Source: Octopus sinensis (Eukaryota). Taken from it: a stretch of 64,000 nucleotides of DNA. Shown here piece by piece: positions 24,132 through 36,454 of the stretch; positions within the stretch are counted from its first letter, which is position 1; each line of letters starts with the position of its first letter. The stretch is taken from NCBI RefSeq assembly GCF_006345805.1, contig NC_043007.1, positions 2,914,001 through 2,978,000 on the forward strand, in the 5' to 3' direction. The notes below the pieces were generated by a model. It was not told the DNA's origin, made no database searches, and saw nothing but the letters and a program-made list of their open reading frames with translations. A program made the position numbers and the translations under genes.

Positions 24132-26648
24132 AGAAATAATGGAGTAAAAAATTTGGCAGCAGCAGTTATAGTCCACAAAATCTGGAAATGATGCACTCAG
24201 AATATCAGTCCTTCTGCTGTGTGCTATCATTGGATGGGAGAGATGTGTGAATCGTCCCTCCAAGTGATATCACAATCCAAACCAAGAACAAATCTATCAT
24301 ATACAAGACATTCAATCTGGAGACAAAAAAAAAAAACACAAATCTCAAATATACCAAAAGGAGAGTATAGAGAAATGTCTCAGGCCAGTCTGGAAGGATG
24401 TGGCTTATGTGGACCAAGGCAGAAAGTTCACCTCAGTAGAGGTGAGATTTAAAACAGCCGAAAAGGCAAGGGTGTACTCAGTACTCACACTAAAAACTAA
24501 AGAAGTGGTACAACTGCCTTATCTGGGACATATAAAGTTCAGGATTAAGATACAGAAAGTACCATGCGAAATCGACGCCACCTGGGTGGTGGCAGTCCTA
24601 TGTTATTTAAGGGAAGACAAAATCTATTACAGATTACTCGCTCTGTCCCTACAAAACTGACTGGAGCAGACGATTGAAATATTAATCGAGGCAGCACTGG
24701 AAGAATTAGAGTAGATTCCAGATAGAATGCTAATAGATGAGGACGTTGTCCTAAAAAGGTGCCCTAAAAAGGAGACCATGTCATTTCAAGTGTGGGCAGA
24801 AGGGCCACATTTGTGCAGAATGCAGCCCTTCTAACAAGGAGGCCCTCCACCCACCTTGACAAGAAAAAGAAAAAAAGGGGGAAACCAAAGGAAAGAAACC
24901 AATGAAGGAACAGGAAATACCAAAGAAACCAGAAGAAAATGCAGTGAATGTGGAAAAAAATTTTCCCTCCTGGCTACGACATGGAGGTTGTTGAACAGGA
25001 GGTGGAATTCCAAATTATCTCTTGGAAACGGGGGGAAAAGAAATATTGTATCCCCAACTCTCTCCCAACCCAACTACCCTTCAGGTTCGTTGGTGTTTAT
25101 TTGCCAAGTCCTAAAAACAAAGGCTGATTTCTATTGATGCCTAGAAAATTTTCTGGTAATTCTTTTTTTTTTTTTAGCCTCCTACCACGTACCTCGGAAG
25201 ACGCACTTCCAAGGTAAGGGTGGGAGAAATTCCAGAGGTGAATGTTGACTGGCTCTTGGCAGTAAAAAATCGTAAAAAATAGGGATTTTCATAGAAAAAA
25301 AGCTCCTTTTTGATATTAATAATTTTTGATGTTAACATGGTCCCATTTGAATTTTATCTTCTACGGAAGGAAGAGCAACCCTTCTTCTATCATACTCTCA
25401 ATTTTGGACAACTTGCGCCGCAGGGCCTCGGTGGAGATAGTGTTAGTTGAAGGCTACCAAACCTGCCATACACAGACAACTTCAGGTTTATATAGATAGA
25501 GATTAGCAAAGTGTTATTAAATAAATTACTAAGCGCAGTAAATTGCACACTAGTTGGAGTGGAGTGACTGAAATGGTAAAATAAAATTCGGCCACGTCGA
25601 ATGCTCGGCAGTAATGTAGGTGGAAGCTCATTTGATTATCAGTCGTTTTATACATTCTCCTATGAAAACACAAATAATTAACCCAGTTGATATCTTTGTC
25701 GGATACACTTGTGAATAAACATTAATAACTAAATAATAAAGATCTATAAATAAAGATACTTTACATCTGCACGCGTATTGTGTAGCACATTAGAATCTTT
25801 GTATTGAAACGAAGAGACAAGTTACTTCAACGTTATCTATAGTAGTACTAACCAGCCATATTTCTTACTTTCTCGAAATATACTTCTATAACCACTCAAA
25901 ATACTGTCTATATTGGATGCTTTAACACGTCTATGATGTGCAGCTAAGTAGCTTGCTATAGCCGTGTTTATTGAAGTAGGAGACGTAATAGGATTTTATT
26001 AAATAAAAGTCTATATAGACAGTCGGTTCCAATATAAACTCTTCGCATTCCTGTGCAGCTGACTCCTGTTACCTAACAAGAACATTCCAGTTCTCCTTCA
26101 ACGGTGAATTGAAAAGTGTGTTTATAATAGGCATTCAGTTAGTTTTGGAAAGTATCAGCTCGATCAATACTGAATCAACTTTTGTCCTTTGATTAATTTA
26201 AGCATTATTTACAGCTTTGTATATAAAATGTTTCACAATTATCACAAACAATGGCGTCTCTGATGTATCTGTATCGAAGTGTGATTCAGAATGATTTAGA
26301 ATGATTAAGAATAGTTGCTTATATTTGATATCAGAGATGACGAAATATATTTGATATTATTTCTATCTATATTTCCCCTTCCTGTTATCTAAATTATAGT
26401 GTAAAAGAAGAAACGAAACATTCAATATGCTGCGTGCCTATAAACAGGTTAAATTGTTATTATGTCCACTTTCATGAAACCAAAGGGAATGGCATTCAAT
26501 TGTTTGTGTGCTTGAAGACATAATGATGACTGATGCAGCACAAAATGAACCGTAGAAGTTCCAGAATTGTTCGAATAAACAATATTGGTACTGACGAAAA
26601 TATAATTCAATAATTAAACATATTTTATCTTTTAACGTGACATCTAGT

Positions 26649-27080
26649 GGATCTTTTCAGTTTGAAAGGCAGTTTTTTTCTAGCGGTGCCATATGAAATT
26701 GTCACCCATAATTATGACCCTAGTATCGATCTATTGCATTTCAATCTGTTTTAAGGTTAGGGTTAGTTAGGGTTAGGGTTAGGGGATGGGGGAAGGGTAT
26801 CTTTTTTTCTTCACAAATGTAAATAAACCTAATCTGTTTCTTAAACGAGGGGCATATTCATACGGCACAGAATGTTGTTTACCTCAATGGACGTCAGTGA
26901 TTGGTTGAAATTGCAGAAATTGAAGAAAAAAACAACAAATATCTTACATACTATAGAATTTTCTCAATAAAACCAAGAGAAAAATATGTTTATAAACACA
27001 TTCTACCAATATACGAAGATTAAAATCTTTTAGTTACCTAGAAATTATGTTAAAAACTGCCGTTCAAACCGACAAGATCC
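26649..27080. mobile_element. 432-bp MITE with 8-bp TSD and internal TTAGGG tract
   Basis: TIR ggatcttttcagtttgaaaggcagttttt vs ggatcttgtcggtttgaacggcagttttt (26/29). TSD catctagt at 26641-26648 and 27081-27088. Confidence 0.85.
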
Positions 27081-27467
27081 CATCTAGTAATTAACAATAA
27101 CTAATTTATATTTATGTTTATTTAATTATTTTGCATATATTAGCAATGATATGTCTCGAGATTTTTTTAGGAAGTGGATAACATTTACATTTGCAGAATA
27201 TTTTTTTATATTTGGGAAGAGTTATTAATAAAGGAAGCAAACAAGCGCAACGGTTGTTACTTGTCTATATTTCACTTTTCTTTCTTTTTAAGAACAATTG
27301 TCGTTTGAATATTTTACATTTACACGTGTATGATTTTGCAAACATGTGTTCCAGTGGAAAGATGATCTGCTTCAAAATTATGAGCAATCTACAGACTGGT
27401 CAAGTGAAAATTACTTTTGGGATTATAAACAATTATTTACTCTTTAGAAATGATAGTGAAGGAAAAT

Positions 27468-27700
27468 ATTGTTTGTTCCTTCTCGAGCCATTCCTGGCTG
27501 ATAAGGACCGGTTTCCAGGTTTCAATGGCGTACAGGTGAGCTGCTAGGTGCAGGAGGAAAGAGTGAAAGGAGGTTGTGGCGAAGAGTCAGCAGAAGTTCG
27601 CCATAACCCTCTGGAGCTTATGAGTTTCGCTCGTAAACACACACATCGCCCAGCTTGTGATTCGAACCCGTGATCCCGCGATCGTGAGTCCGCTGCTCAC
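27468..27700 (-). mobile_element. tRNA-headed SINE (second head type, distinct tail)
   Basis: Minus-strand B-box gggttcgaatc; body gagcgaaac...aagctcc as in 29231-29612, but with a different 3' tail ending ggctcgagaaggaacaaacaa. Confidence 0.65.
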
Positions 27701-28465
27701 GGACTAGTGGAGGTAGTAGGCCATGTACCTCCACTGAAGGAAAATATAGAGAAGTAATAACAGGTGACTGTGTTTGTAGGGGTTTATCAACGACAGCCCT
27801 TCTCAGATATAACAATACTGATTTCAATACACAGCTTCAGATCAAAGTTCACGCGGAACTGTTTCAAAATCGAAAGATGTACAAAACATTTTTTCGCTTA
27901 TCGTATTTTCTAAATTTTATTTTCTAAAACGGTTCTCTCAAATCTACCCACATTCTCTGTGTGACTGACTGAAATTACTTGGTGATAGCTTCTACAACAG
28001 AATGTATTCCTCTCACTTTACAACTCATCAGAACACTTTAGAATTTAGTGGTCTGGCATATTTCCAACGTCTTGGATTGAAATGGCCGATACATCTGATT
28101 CTCAATGATTTCAGGTCATAGGTAAACGACAGCGATTATTTACCGAACTAAATTGCAACGTCGCGAAGAGATCTTTAAAAAGAGAAGCAATTTACATTAT
28201 AAAAACATAGGTCAGCAAGTTATCTAAACTATTTTTAGAGTATTTTTAGACACATTTTTCATGTTTTTAGTTTCTTCCTTTTTCTTTTTTGTTCTGAGAC
28301 TCGACTAATTATTTTCAAACCTCCGCTTCCTTTACTTCACATTCAAATTAGATATTTATTTCATTTCCCTAAAATTTACTAATATATGCATAAATACGTT
28401 AATACATCTGCTGTCTTGTTTTATACAAGCAAATTTTATTTTCTTTCGATAGAGAATCATTATAT

Positions 28466-28695
28466 ATTTCCTTATTGCCCTCAAGGGGCTAAATATAGAG
28501 GGGACAAACAAAGACAGACAAAGGGATTAAGTCGATTACATCGACGCCAGTGCGTAACTGTACTTTATTTATCGACCCTGAAAGGATGGAAGGCAAAGTC
28601 AACCTCGGCGGAATTTGAACTCAGAACGTAGTGACAGACGAAATATTGCTAAGCATTTCACCCAGCGTGCTAACGTTTCTGCCAGCTCGCCGCCT
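28466..28695 (-). mobile_element. tRNA-headed SINE with Tx1-type tail
   Basis: Full head; tail gccccttgagggcaataaggaaat. Confidence 0.85.
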
Positions 28696-28729
28696 TACAA
28701 CAGAGAATCATTAGTACATCAGGCAGAAT

Positions 28730-28905
28730 GCTCAATGGCATTAGTATCAGTCTTTGTATTTCCGAGTTCAAATTCTGCTGAGGTCGACTTTCCCTTTCAT
28801 CTTTTCGGGGTCGAGAAAATGAGTACCATCCAAGTACTGCGATTGATGTAATCAATTTTCCCTCCCCTCCACAACCGCTGGCCATGTGCACAAATTTGAA
28901 ACCTT
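28730..28905 (+). mobile_element. degenerate SINE, type-2 tail
   Basis: gagttcaaattctgctgaggtcgacttt body; tail ccctcccc...ggccatgtgcacaaatttgaaac. Confidence 0.65.
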
Positions 28906-29230
28906 TGTTACTATTTCTAATTTACTTGCTTTATAATTACAAATTAGTTAAATCTTTAATGATGACTTCAGTCATATCTGTTTATTATGCTTTTACCTTC
29001 ATTATAGCGATGACATTAAACAAAGCAGTGCATGTATTTAAAGGTATCTTAATTTCATTAATTTCATCGTTTTTCTACATTTCTTCACAAATATTAAATT
29101 TCTCGAAGCCATAAAAGATTCGATGTGTAACAGCAAAAAGAAATAAGTTTTTACTTATGTAACGCGTTTCAAATATTATGCAAATTAATTCTCATGTGAT
29201 GCAATATTAACTGCAACCAAAATAACATTG

Positions 29231-29612
29231 ATGGAAGCACTCCGTCGGTTACGACGATGAGGGTTCCGGTTGATCCGAATCAACGGAACAGCCTGCTCGT
29301 GAAATTAACGTGTAAATGGCTGAGCACTCCACAGACACGTGTACCCTTAACGTAGTTCTCGGGGATATTCAGCGTGACACAGAGAGTGACAAGGCCGGCC
29401 CTTTGAAATACAGGTACAACAGAAACAGGAAGTAAGAGTGAGAGAAAGTTGTGGTGAAAGACTACAGCAGGGATCACCACCATCCCCTGCCGGAGCCTCG
29501 TGGAGCTTTAGGTGTTTTCGCTCAATAAACACAATAAACACTCACAATGCCCGGTCTGGGAATCGAAACCGCGATCCTACGACCGCTGCCCTAACCACTG
29601 GGCCATTGCGCC
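29231..29612 (-). mobile_element. tRNA-headed SINE (ggcgcaatggcccagtggttagg head)
   Basis: A and B boxes present; 3' half shared with 62306-62630 and 49280-49513. Confidence 0.85.
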
Positions 29613-30064
29613 TCCATCAAAATAGCATTGTCAATAAGACTACAAGAATTTTCAGTTTCCTCTTCCAACTCGGTATCAAAATGTACTTTTAGAATATAAT
29701 ATAACTTTGTATTAGCAGGTTAAATTCATATGTCGCTGCAGACAATGAATAGAATACTGTTGCCATTATTATTTGGCGTCATAAAAGCGGCGAATTGGAT
29801 GAATTATTAGAAAGTGGATAAATTACTAGTTGTGTTGGTTCCGGTTCTGTAATGATCTGGGTTTGAAGTCCGCCGAAATCACCTTTGATTTCGCGCCTGG
29901 ATAAGATAAATATCACTTAAATACTGGGATCGATATATTTCGAAATTGCTGAGCTTATAATAAAATATGACACCATTGTATCATCATTATTATTATTGTT
30001 GTTTTTGTTGTTGCTGTTATTGTTGTTGTCGTTGTTAATATTTCAAGAGCTGGAATAACAATAC

Positions 30065-31005
30065 GGATTCCCTGTGTAGCTTACTCCATCGCTTAGCGAA
30101 CAATGATTCTATTGTTATTAAAATGGCCGGTAAACGAGGCGCTATTTCAATAATTGACAAGGTCGAGTACATTTCAGCTTCTGAAGAAGTTTCAAGTTAC
30201 AAAACTTCTTAGATTTGTCACCTGTAGATCCAAACCCCGATTACAATGGAGGAAAATAATTTCATAAATGGCACGTAATCTAAGCTATTACTTTCAGAAA
30301 CAAGAAGACTTGCATTTTAGGGTCTTCCAAAAATACATTAAAATTTCGAAAAATTTCCTTCATTGCGCCCAAGTTGCACTGGGAAAATTTCGGAATGGCT
30401 AGATGGATTTCTGATCCCACTAGCTAAAAGATACATTCGGGATACTTTTGATTTTGTTTCCAAGTGAAACAAATTTTCTAAACACCGACTTAGTGTTAAT
30501 GACTGTTTTTTGGTAACCATGGATGTTTCTTCCTTGTACCCCAACATCGACCACAATGGGGGAGTGGAAGCATGCATGGCAGCTTTTGAAAAATGGTCAA
30601 AGAAAAGAGTGTTCCCTCAAAGTTTCTCTGTAAATTATTAAAATTTGTGTTACGAAGTAGCACGATGACGCTTGGAGAAAAAGGACGAAAGGAATGTCCA
30701 TGGGTATCCCTATGGCAAGTAATTTCGGAAATGTCTTCATAACAAAATTTGAAAAGCAACTAACGGAGACATTCAAAACCCTGCATGGTCATAAACTTAT
30801 ACTCTGGTTACTGTTCATTCACGACGTCTTTTTTGTCGGGGAAGGAACACAGGATAAGTTAGTCAGATTTTTACATTTCTGTGACCGCTTAGAGGAAGAC
30901 TATGGTATGAAGTCCAAAATAAAATTCACGCCGAGTTTTTCAAAATCTAGCATCGAATTTTTGGACACAAAAGTCAAGATGGAAGAAGCTGCTTACCTGC
31001 TCTGT
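30065..31005 (+). pseudogene. Penelope-like reverse transcriptase fragment
   Basis: Degenerate IVIKMAGK, GLPKIH, YIRDTFDF, VTMDVSSLYPNIDH, KGMSMGIPMASNFGNVF, FIHDVF, IKFT and IEFLD motifs. Confidence 0.85.
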
Positions 31006-31216
31006 TTTTAAAGAGTCATGTATTGAGTCAATATCGAAATGGTCAATTTGTGTCGAAACATTACAAGTCTCCTTGTTATTTCATTTTTACCATTAAGTCC
31101 AGGAATTCACGACAACATCACTGAAATAAATGAAAATTGGCCACCACCACTTCTGCCTCACTCCTGTACGGTAGGATGCGACCAATTGGTCTATCAGATC
31201 AACACCTCTCATTTAC

Positions 31217-31475
31217 GCTTTTACTTGTTTCAGTCATTTGACTGTGGCCATGCAGGAACAGCGTCTTTAGTCGAGCAAATCGACCCCAGATTTATTATTT
31301 GTAAGCTTAGTACTTATTCTATCGGCCTCTTTTGCTGAACCACTAAGTTACGGGGATGTAAGCACACTAGTATCAGTTGTCAAGCGATGTTTGGGATACA
31401 AACACAGACACAGAAACACGTACACACACATATACATACATACACACATACATACATGCATGCATACATATGTGC

Positions 31476-31506
<31 letters not shown>

Positions 31507-31665
31507 CGACGGGCTTCTTTCAGTTCCTGTCTAGCAAATCCACTCACAAGGTTTTGATCAGCCCGAGGCTATAGTAGAAGAATCTGGGGCAAGGTGCACC
31601 GCAGTGGGACTGAACCCGTAACCATATGGTTCGTGACCAAGCTACTTACCACACAGCCACTCCTA
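31217..31665 (-). mobile_element. tRNA-headed SINE (family of 1154-1578)
   Basis: Reverse complement of the same head, internal microsatellite and tail. Confidence 0.85.
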
Positions 31666-31724
31666 CCCCTATAATTATTTAATTATATTTGTTGATAAAA
31701 TCTTTTTTTGGTCGAATCTAAACA

Positions 31725-32093
31725 ATAGGTATTTTCGGTATTATTCAATCCGTTGTTCAAAGCTATGTAGCTTTGCTTTTTTGGGCAGTATGCGCTGCAT
31801 CAGTTCTTCAATTACAACATTCAGACTTTTTGTACCGACACCATACTTCTTCAATTTTTCAAAGCTGTGGTCGTTCTTCAATTCTCATTTTCTGTTCCTG
31901 ACAAATATTGACAACTAGACTCTTCAGGGAGTTTCTATCTTCTTTAATTCTCCTTTTCCATCAAGGTTGTTTATTTCCTCTTCAATTCGCTGCTGTTCCG
32001 TCTTCAATCGTTCTCCATTCCATTCTTTCTCTGCCACAATCCTGCTCGCAACCTTCGTGAGTTTATTTGCTTGCGTGAGAGTCTTTGCTTCTT
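31725..32093 (-). pseudogene. R4/Dong-like LINE N-terminal fragment
   Basis: KYGVGTKSLNVVIEELMQRILPKKAKLHSFEQRIE*YRK..LF, typical of the region upstream of the RT; abuts a (TAA)n array. Confidence 0.65.
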
Positions 32094-32140
<47 letters not shown>

Positions 32141-32235
32141 ATGATGATGATGATGATGACAACAACAACAATATTCTTCTTTTTCTTCTTATTGTCATCA
32201 CCATTATCATTATTATTGTTGTGTTGTTGGTTTTG

Positions 32236-32270
<35 letters not shown>

Positions 32271-32273
32271 GAA

Positions 32274-32465
32274 GGCGGCCAGCTTGCAAGTCGGGCGAAA
32301 TCTTAGCAGTAATTCGTCTGTCTTCACGTTCTTAGTTCTAATTCCGCCGAGCTCGACTTTGCCTTTCATCCTTTCGGGGTTGATAAATACCAGTGAAACA
32401 CTGCGGTCGATGTAATCGACTAATCCTCACGCCCCAAATATCAGGCCTTGTGCCTGCACTAGAAA
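32274..32465 (+). mobile_element. SINE, type-2 tail, in (ATT)n
   Basis: ggcggccagcttgcaag head; tail cccc-aaatatcaggccttgtgcct. Confidence 0.75.
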
Positions 32466-32486
32466 TTATCATTATCATCGTCATCC

Positions 32487-32542
<56 letters not shown>

Positions 32543-33002
32543 GAGTGAGAGAGCAGTTCATGCCATCAAAGTGACACTGGGGTAAAATATACGAAGCCCA
32601 ATATACCCATCATGACTACCCGTCTGATAAAGGTACGCCAGGCACATGCATCACAACCATATGTGCACGACATGGGGATCCTCAAGATAAAATCAGCACA
32701 CATGACCTTGCACGTGGGGTCCAGTTAGAATTTTCTTCAGGTTGAGTTGCCCACACGCTCAAACGGTCCCTAAATAAGGGTTGTTTAAGGATGTTGAAAG
32801 AACCACCAATGTTTCCAGAGGTGAACTATTCAAACCCCAAAGAATCCCTCTCAACACATGGCTATAATTCTCCCCCACTACTTCTGCTCGTGATCAGAGA
32901 TGCACATATCATCAGCCACTAAGGGACATGCTCAACTGGTTAAGGTCAAACAACTGACAAGCAAATCTGTGGTATTGAGCAGAATATTTGCTGTAGCCCA
33001 TC

Positions 33003-33005
<3 letters not shown>
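32543..33005 (-). mobile_element. ~560-bp (TAA)n element, 5'-truncated copy
   Basis: Intact ...ctctctcactc(aat)n 3' end; lacks about the first 100 nt. Confidence 0.85.
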
Positions 33006-33053
<48 letters not shown>

Positions 33054-33524
33054 GAGTGAGCGAGCAGAGCATGCCATCAAAGTGACACTGGGGTAAAATA
33101 TACGAAGCCCAGTATACCTATCATGACTACCCGTCTGATAAGGGTACACCAGGCACATGCATCACAACCATATGTGCGCGACATGGTGATCTCATATCAA
33201 AATAAACAGCACATGACCTTGCAGGTGGAGCCCAGTTAGAATTTTCTTCAGATCGAGTAACCCATCCCGCTCAAAAGGTCCCTGAATAAGGGTTGCTTAA
33301 GGACATTGAACGAAACACCCATGTTTACAATTGCGAATTATTCAAAACCCCAAAGAATCCTTCTCAACACATGGCTATGATGCTCCCCACTACTTCTGCT
33401 CGTGATCAGAGATGCACATATCGTCAGCCACTAAGTGACATGCTCAACTGGTAAGGAGGTCAAACAACTGACAAGAAAATCTGTGGTATTGAGCAGAGTA
33501 TTTGCTGTAGCCCATCTTTTATAC
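33054..33524 (-). mobile_element. ~560-bp (TAA)n element, 5'-truncated copy
   Basis: Intact 3' end and truncated 5' end; both sides in ATT arrays. Confidence 0.85.
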
Positions 33525-33580
<56 letters not shown>

Positions 33581-34155
33581 TATGTTTGACTTTTGCTTTA
33601 TGTATGTACAAGTTGGCTCCAAGTCTCACCCAGAGACCTCAAGAGACAACATGTTGGAAGTTCTGTGCCATATATTTGGTTTTTTTTTTTTCGTGTTGTA
33701 CTAGTGAATGTCTAATACATAAAAAAAAAGTTTGTTTTAAACCTTGGGATTACATAGAGAGTATTTTGCGTAGGATATGAGCAGTTCCCATGAGCACTAT
33801 CTTTTGAATTTCTGCCATTTTGGGGTTTCCTAGTATCTGAGTTAGGTAGCAATCAGTCCCTTTCGCTATCATTCCCAGGGCACCTATGACAACAGGTATT
33901 GGTTTAGTCTTCAGCTCCACATTTTGCTGATTTCTATTTCAAGATCTTTATATTTGCTCAGTTTTTGGTAGGTCTTGACAGATACGTTTATATCGATTGG
34001 GACAGTCATATCGATGAGGAGGCATGTTCTTTGTCTGAAGTCTTCAATATGATGTTGGCCTATTTGCATCTATCTTCCTGTCAGTTTGAATGGTGAAGTT
34101 CCAGAGGAGTGAGATGTGGTCATTTTCAAGCACAGGAGGTGGATTGTGTTCCCAC

Positions 34156-34157
<2 letters not shown>
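33581..34157 (-). mobile_element. R4/Dong-like LINE 3' fragment (restriction-like endonuclease) with 3' UTR
   Basis: WWEHNPPPVLENDHISLLWNFTIQTDRKIDANRP..CLLIDMTVP..KLSKYKDLEIEISKMW..PVVIGALG..GTAHILRKILSM*. Confidence 0.88.
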
Positions 34158-34189
<32 letters not shown>

Positions 34190-34203
34190 TTATTATTATT
34201 ATC

Positions 34204-34250
<47 letters not shown>

Positions 34251-34322
34251 GTTGTTGTTGTTATCATCATCATTATTATTATTATTAGTATCATTATCAT
34301 TATTATTATTATTATATTATTA

Positions 34323-34355
<33 letters not shown>

Positions 34356-34375
34356 CATTATTATTATTATTCAGT

Positions 34376-34730
34376 AGTTTTATTTTTATAGCGTGTTTTC
34401 ACTTCACTACCGAGCGCAGCTCTGTGTGCCTTGGGTATGTTCTGTGCTTTGTTGTGATGCTCTGATGGTTATTGTATGGAGAATGTTCTGCGTAGGAGGT
34501 GTGCAGTGCCTAGTACTGCAATTTTCTGTATATTATATGTGTTTGTAAGTCCTGGTGTTTTTGTTATGTATTTGTCTGAATATTTTTTTATCATGCCTAA
34601 TGCACCTATGATATAAGATATTGTTTCTGTTTTTAGATTCCACATTATGGTTACCTCTATTTCCAGTCTTTGTATTTTGAGAGTTTCTCCATTTCTTTAG
34701 AGACACGTTGTCATCAGCCGGTATTGATAC
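34376..34730 (-). mobile_element. R4/Dong-like LINE 3' fragment, second family
   Basis: KIQRLEIEVTIMWNLKTET..IGALG..IQKIAVLGTAHLLRRTFS; 3' UTR shared with 54932-55152. Confidence 0.8.
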
Positions 34731-34791
34731 ATTAATTAGAAAGCATTTTTCTTCTTCATGATCTTTGACGACTATATCTGGTCTGTTGGCC

Positions 34792-34843
<52 letters not shown>

Positions 34844-34903
34844 CATTATTATTATTATTATCATTATTATTATTATTATTATTATCATTATTATTATTAT
34901 TAA

Positions 34904-34936
<33 letters not shown>

Positions 34937-34940
34937 CATT

Positions 34941-34971
<31 letters not shown>

Positions 34972-35003
34972 TTATTATTATTATTATCATCATTATAATA
35001 ATA

Positions 35004-35051
<48 letters not shown>

Positions 35052-35495
35052 TATTGCCTTTACACAGCTACTAACGCAGGAGATGTCCTACAGTGTCAGC
35101 TGTTCAATAACACTCCTTATTTTGCGAGAACCTTCTGGAGTATTCGAGCGGTTACAAGCAGTGCTGTTTTTCTACAAGTGCTCCACCCTTATTGCAGCCC
35201 TTATTTGTTCCAAGTACTTTTCGACATTTTTGCTCACTGATTCCTGGTCTCCGGCAATTTTTAGTACTACTGCTGCCTTTTTCATCGACTACGACTGCTT
35301 AACTCCCCAAGCTAACCTGTCATATCTCTTGAATTTTCTTTCTTCCTTATCGCATACCTTGTTGTCAGCTGGGCATGCTATGTCTATCATCCAGCATAGA
35401 CTGTTTTCTTTATTAGTTAAAACTATGTCTGGCTTTCGTATTCTCTATCTCATTGTCGCACTGAATCTTAAAATCCCACACGTTGTTTGCATTAT
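35052..35495 (-). mobile_element. R4/Dong-like LINE 3' fragment, third family
   Basis: WDFKIQCDNEIEN.KPDIVL..CWMIDIACPAD..; 3' UTR cagctgacac..gcgttag shared with 41689-42195 and 43405-43540. Confidence 0.8.
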
Positions 35496-35639
35496 TATTA
35501 TTATTATTTTTATTATTATTATTATTATTATTATCATTATTATTATTATCATTATTATTATTATTATTAGGAATTATGCTAATTCTTTTTTGTTGAAAAG
35601 CATTCAAGAAATGTAATAGAATTATGATAGGATTAAACT

Positions 35640-35990
35640 GGAAGTGATAACCTAAAAGTAAAAAGAATTATCCATCATACGAACACAAACATTATAAATG
35701 AACAATGTGATAAAAGCATTTAATACATATATGGTAAATGGATTAGTCTTGAAAGACATCACAAGTGGGATTGAGATGCAAGAATCATGGTGGAATAGAA
35801 TACAAGGGAAAATAAAAATATTAAGATCTGATGTAAATTTATCAGAAAGACAAAGGAAAGGTCAGCCGAAATCCCACGTGAAGTATGTTGATTTAAAAAG
35901 AAAACCTAGCTTAAAAAGGAAAGATTCACAAAGGTAAGACGGTAAAATATGAGTTGATGAAGGATTTGGTAAAGGCTTTAAGATCAAATA
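35640..35990 (+). pseudogene. R4/Dong-like LINE N-terminal fragment
   Basis: MNNVIKA..QESWWNRIQGKIKILRSDVNL.ERQRKGQ.KSHVKY.DLKRK. Confidence 0.6.
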
Positions 35991-36039
35991 ACCCGAACAA
36001 AAAATAACGTATTCAATATGGATCTAAAAGGCATGTATA

Positions 36040-36076
<37 letters not shown>

Positions 36077-36305
36077 ATGTCTGTGTATGTCTGTATATAT
36101 ACATATATGTATGTGTGCATGTGTATATATATGTGTGTGGATGAGAGTATTATATGCGTGTGTGTGTGTCTTTGGTATGTGTATATAAATGTTATGTATA
36201 TGTGTGTGTATAAGTGCATGTATGTGTATGTATGTGTGTGGCTATTCGCAATTTATAACCAAAAAGCAACAGTTATAGTCGTCAATTCAGTGACGAGACA
36301 GTATA

Positions 36306-36336
<31 letters not shown>

Positions 36337-36337
36337 T

Positions 36338-36389
<52 letters not shown>

Positions 36390-36392
36390 TAC

Positions 36393-36451
<59 letters not shown>

Positions 36452-36454
<3 letters not shown>

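Larger units (their letters stand above)
20026..25263 (+). pseudogene. older Tx1-like remnant (ORF1 with CCHC knuckle, short endonuclease piece), interrupted at 20095-24147
   Basis: MANPDMETIKEQMALEVEEIME continues after the insert to EKCLRPVWKDVAYVDQGRKFTSVEVRFKTAEKAR..., CHFKCGQKGHICAEC (~24779-24823) and FRFVGVY..KADFY*CLENFL (~25080-25160). Confidence 0.65.
19378..25502 (-). mobile_element. non-autonomous Helitron split by a ~5.7-kb insertion
   Basis: 19378-19529 and 25259-25502 join collinearly when compared with the intact copy 57301-57877; gcagt is present at both junctions. Confidence 0.75.

Noticed and set aside
26757-26787. True telomere or fusion site
   Set aside because: Only a few imperfect units, lying inside a TIR element.
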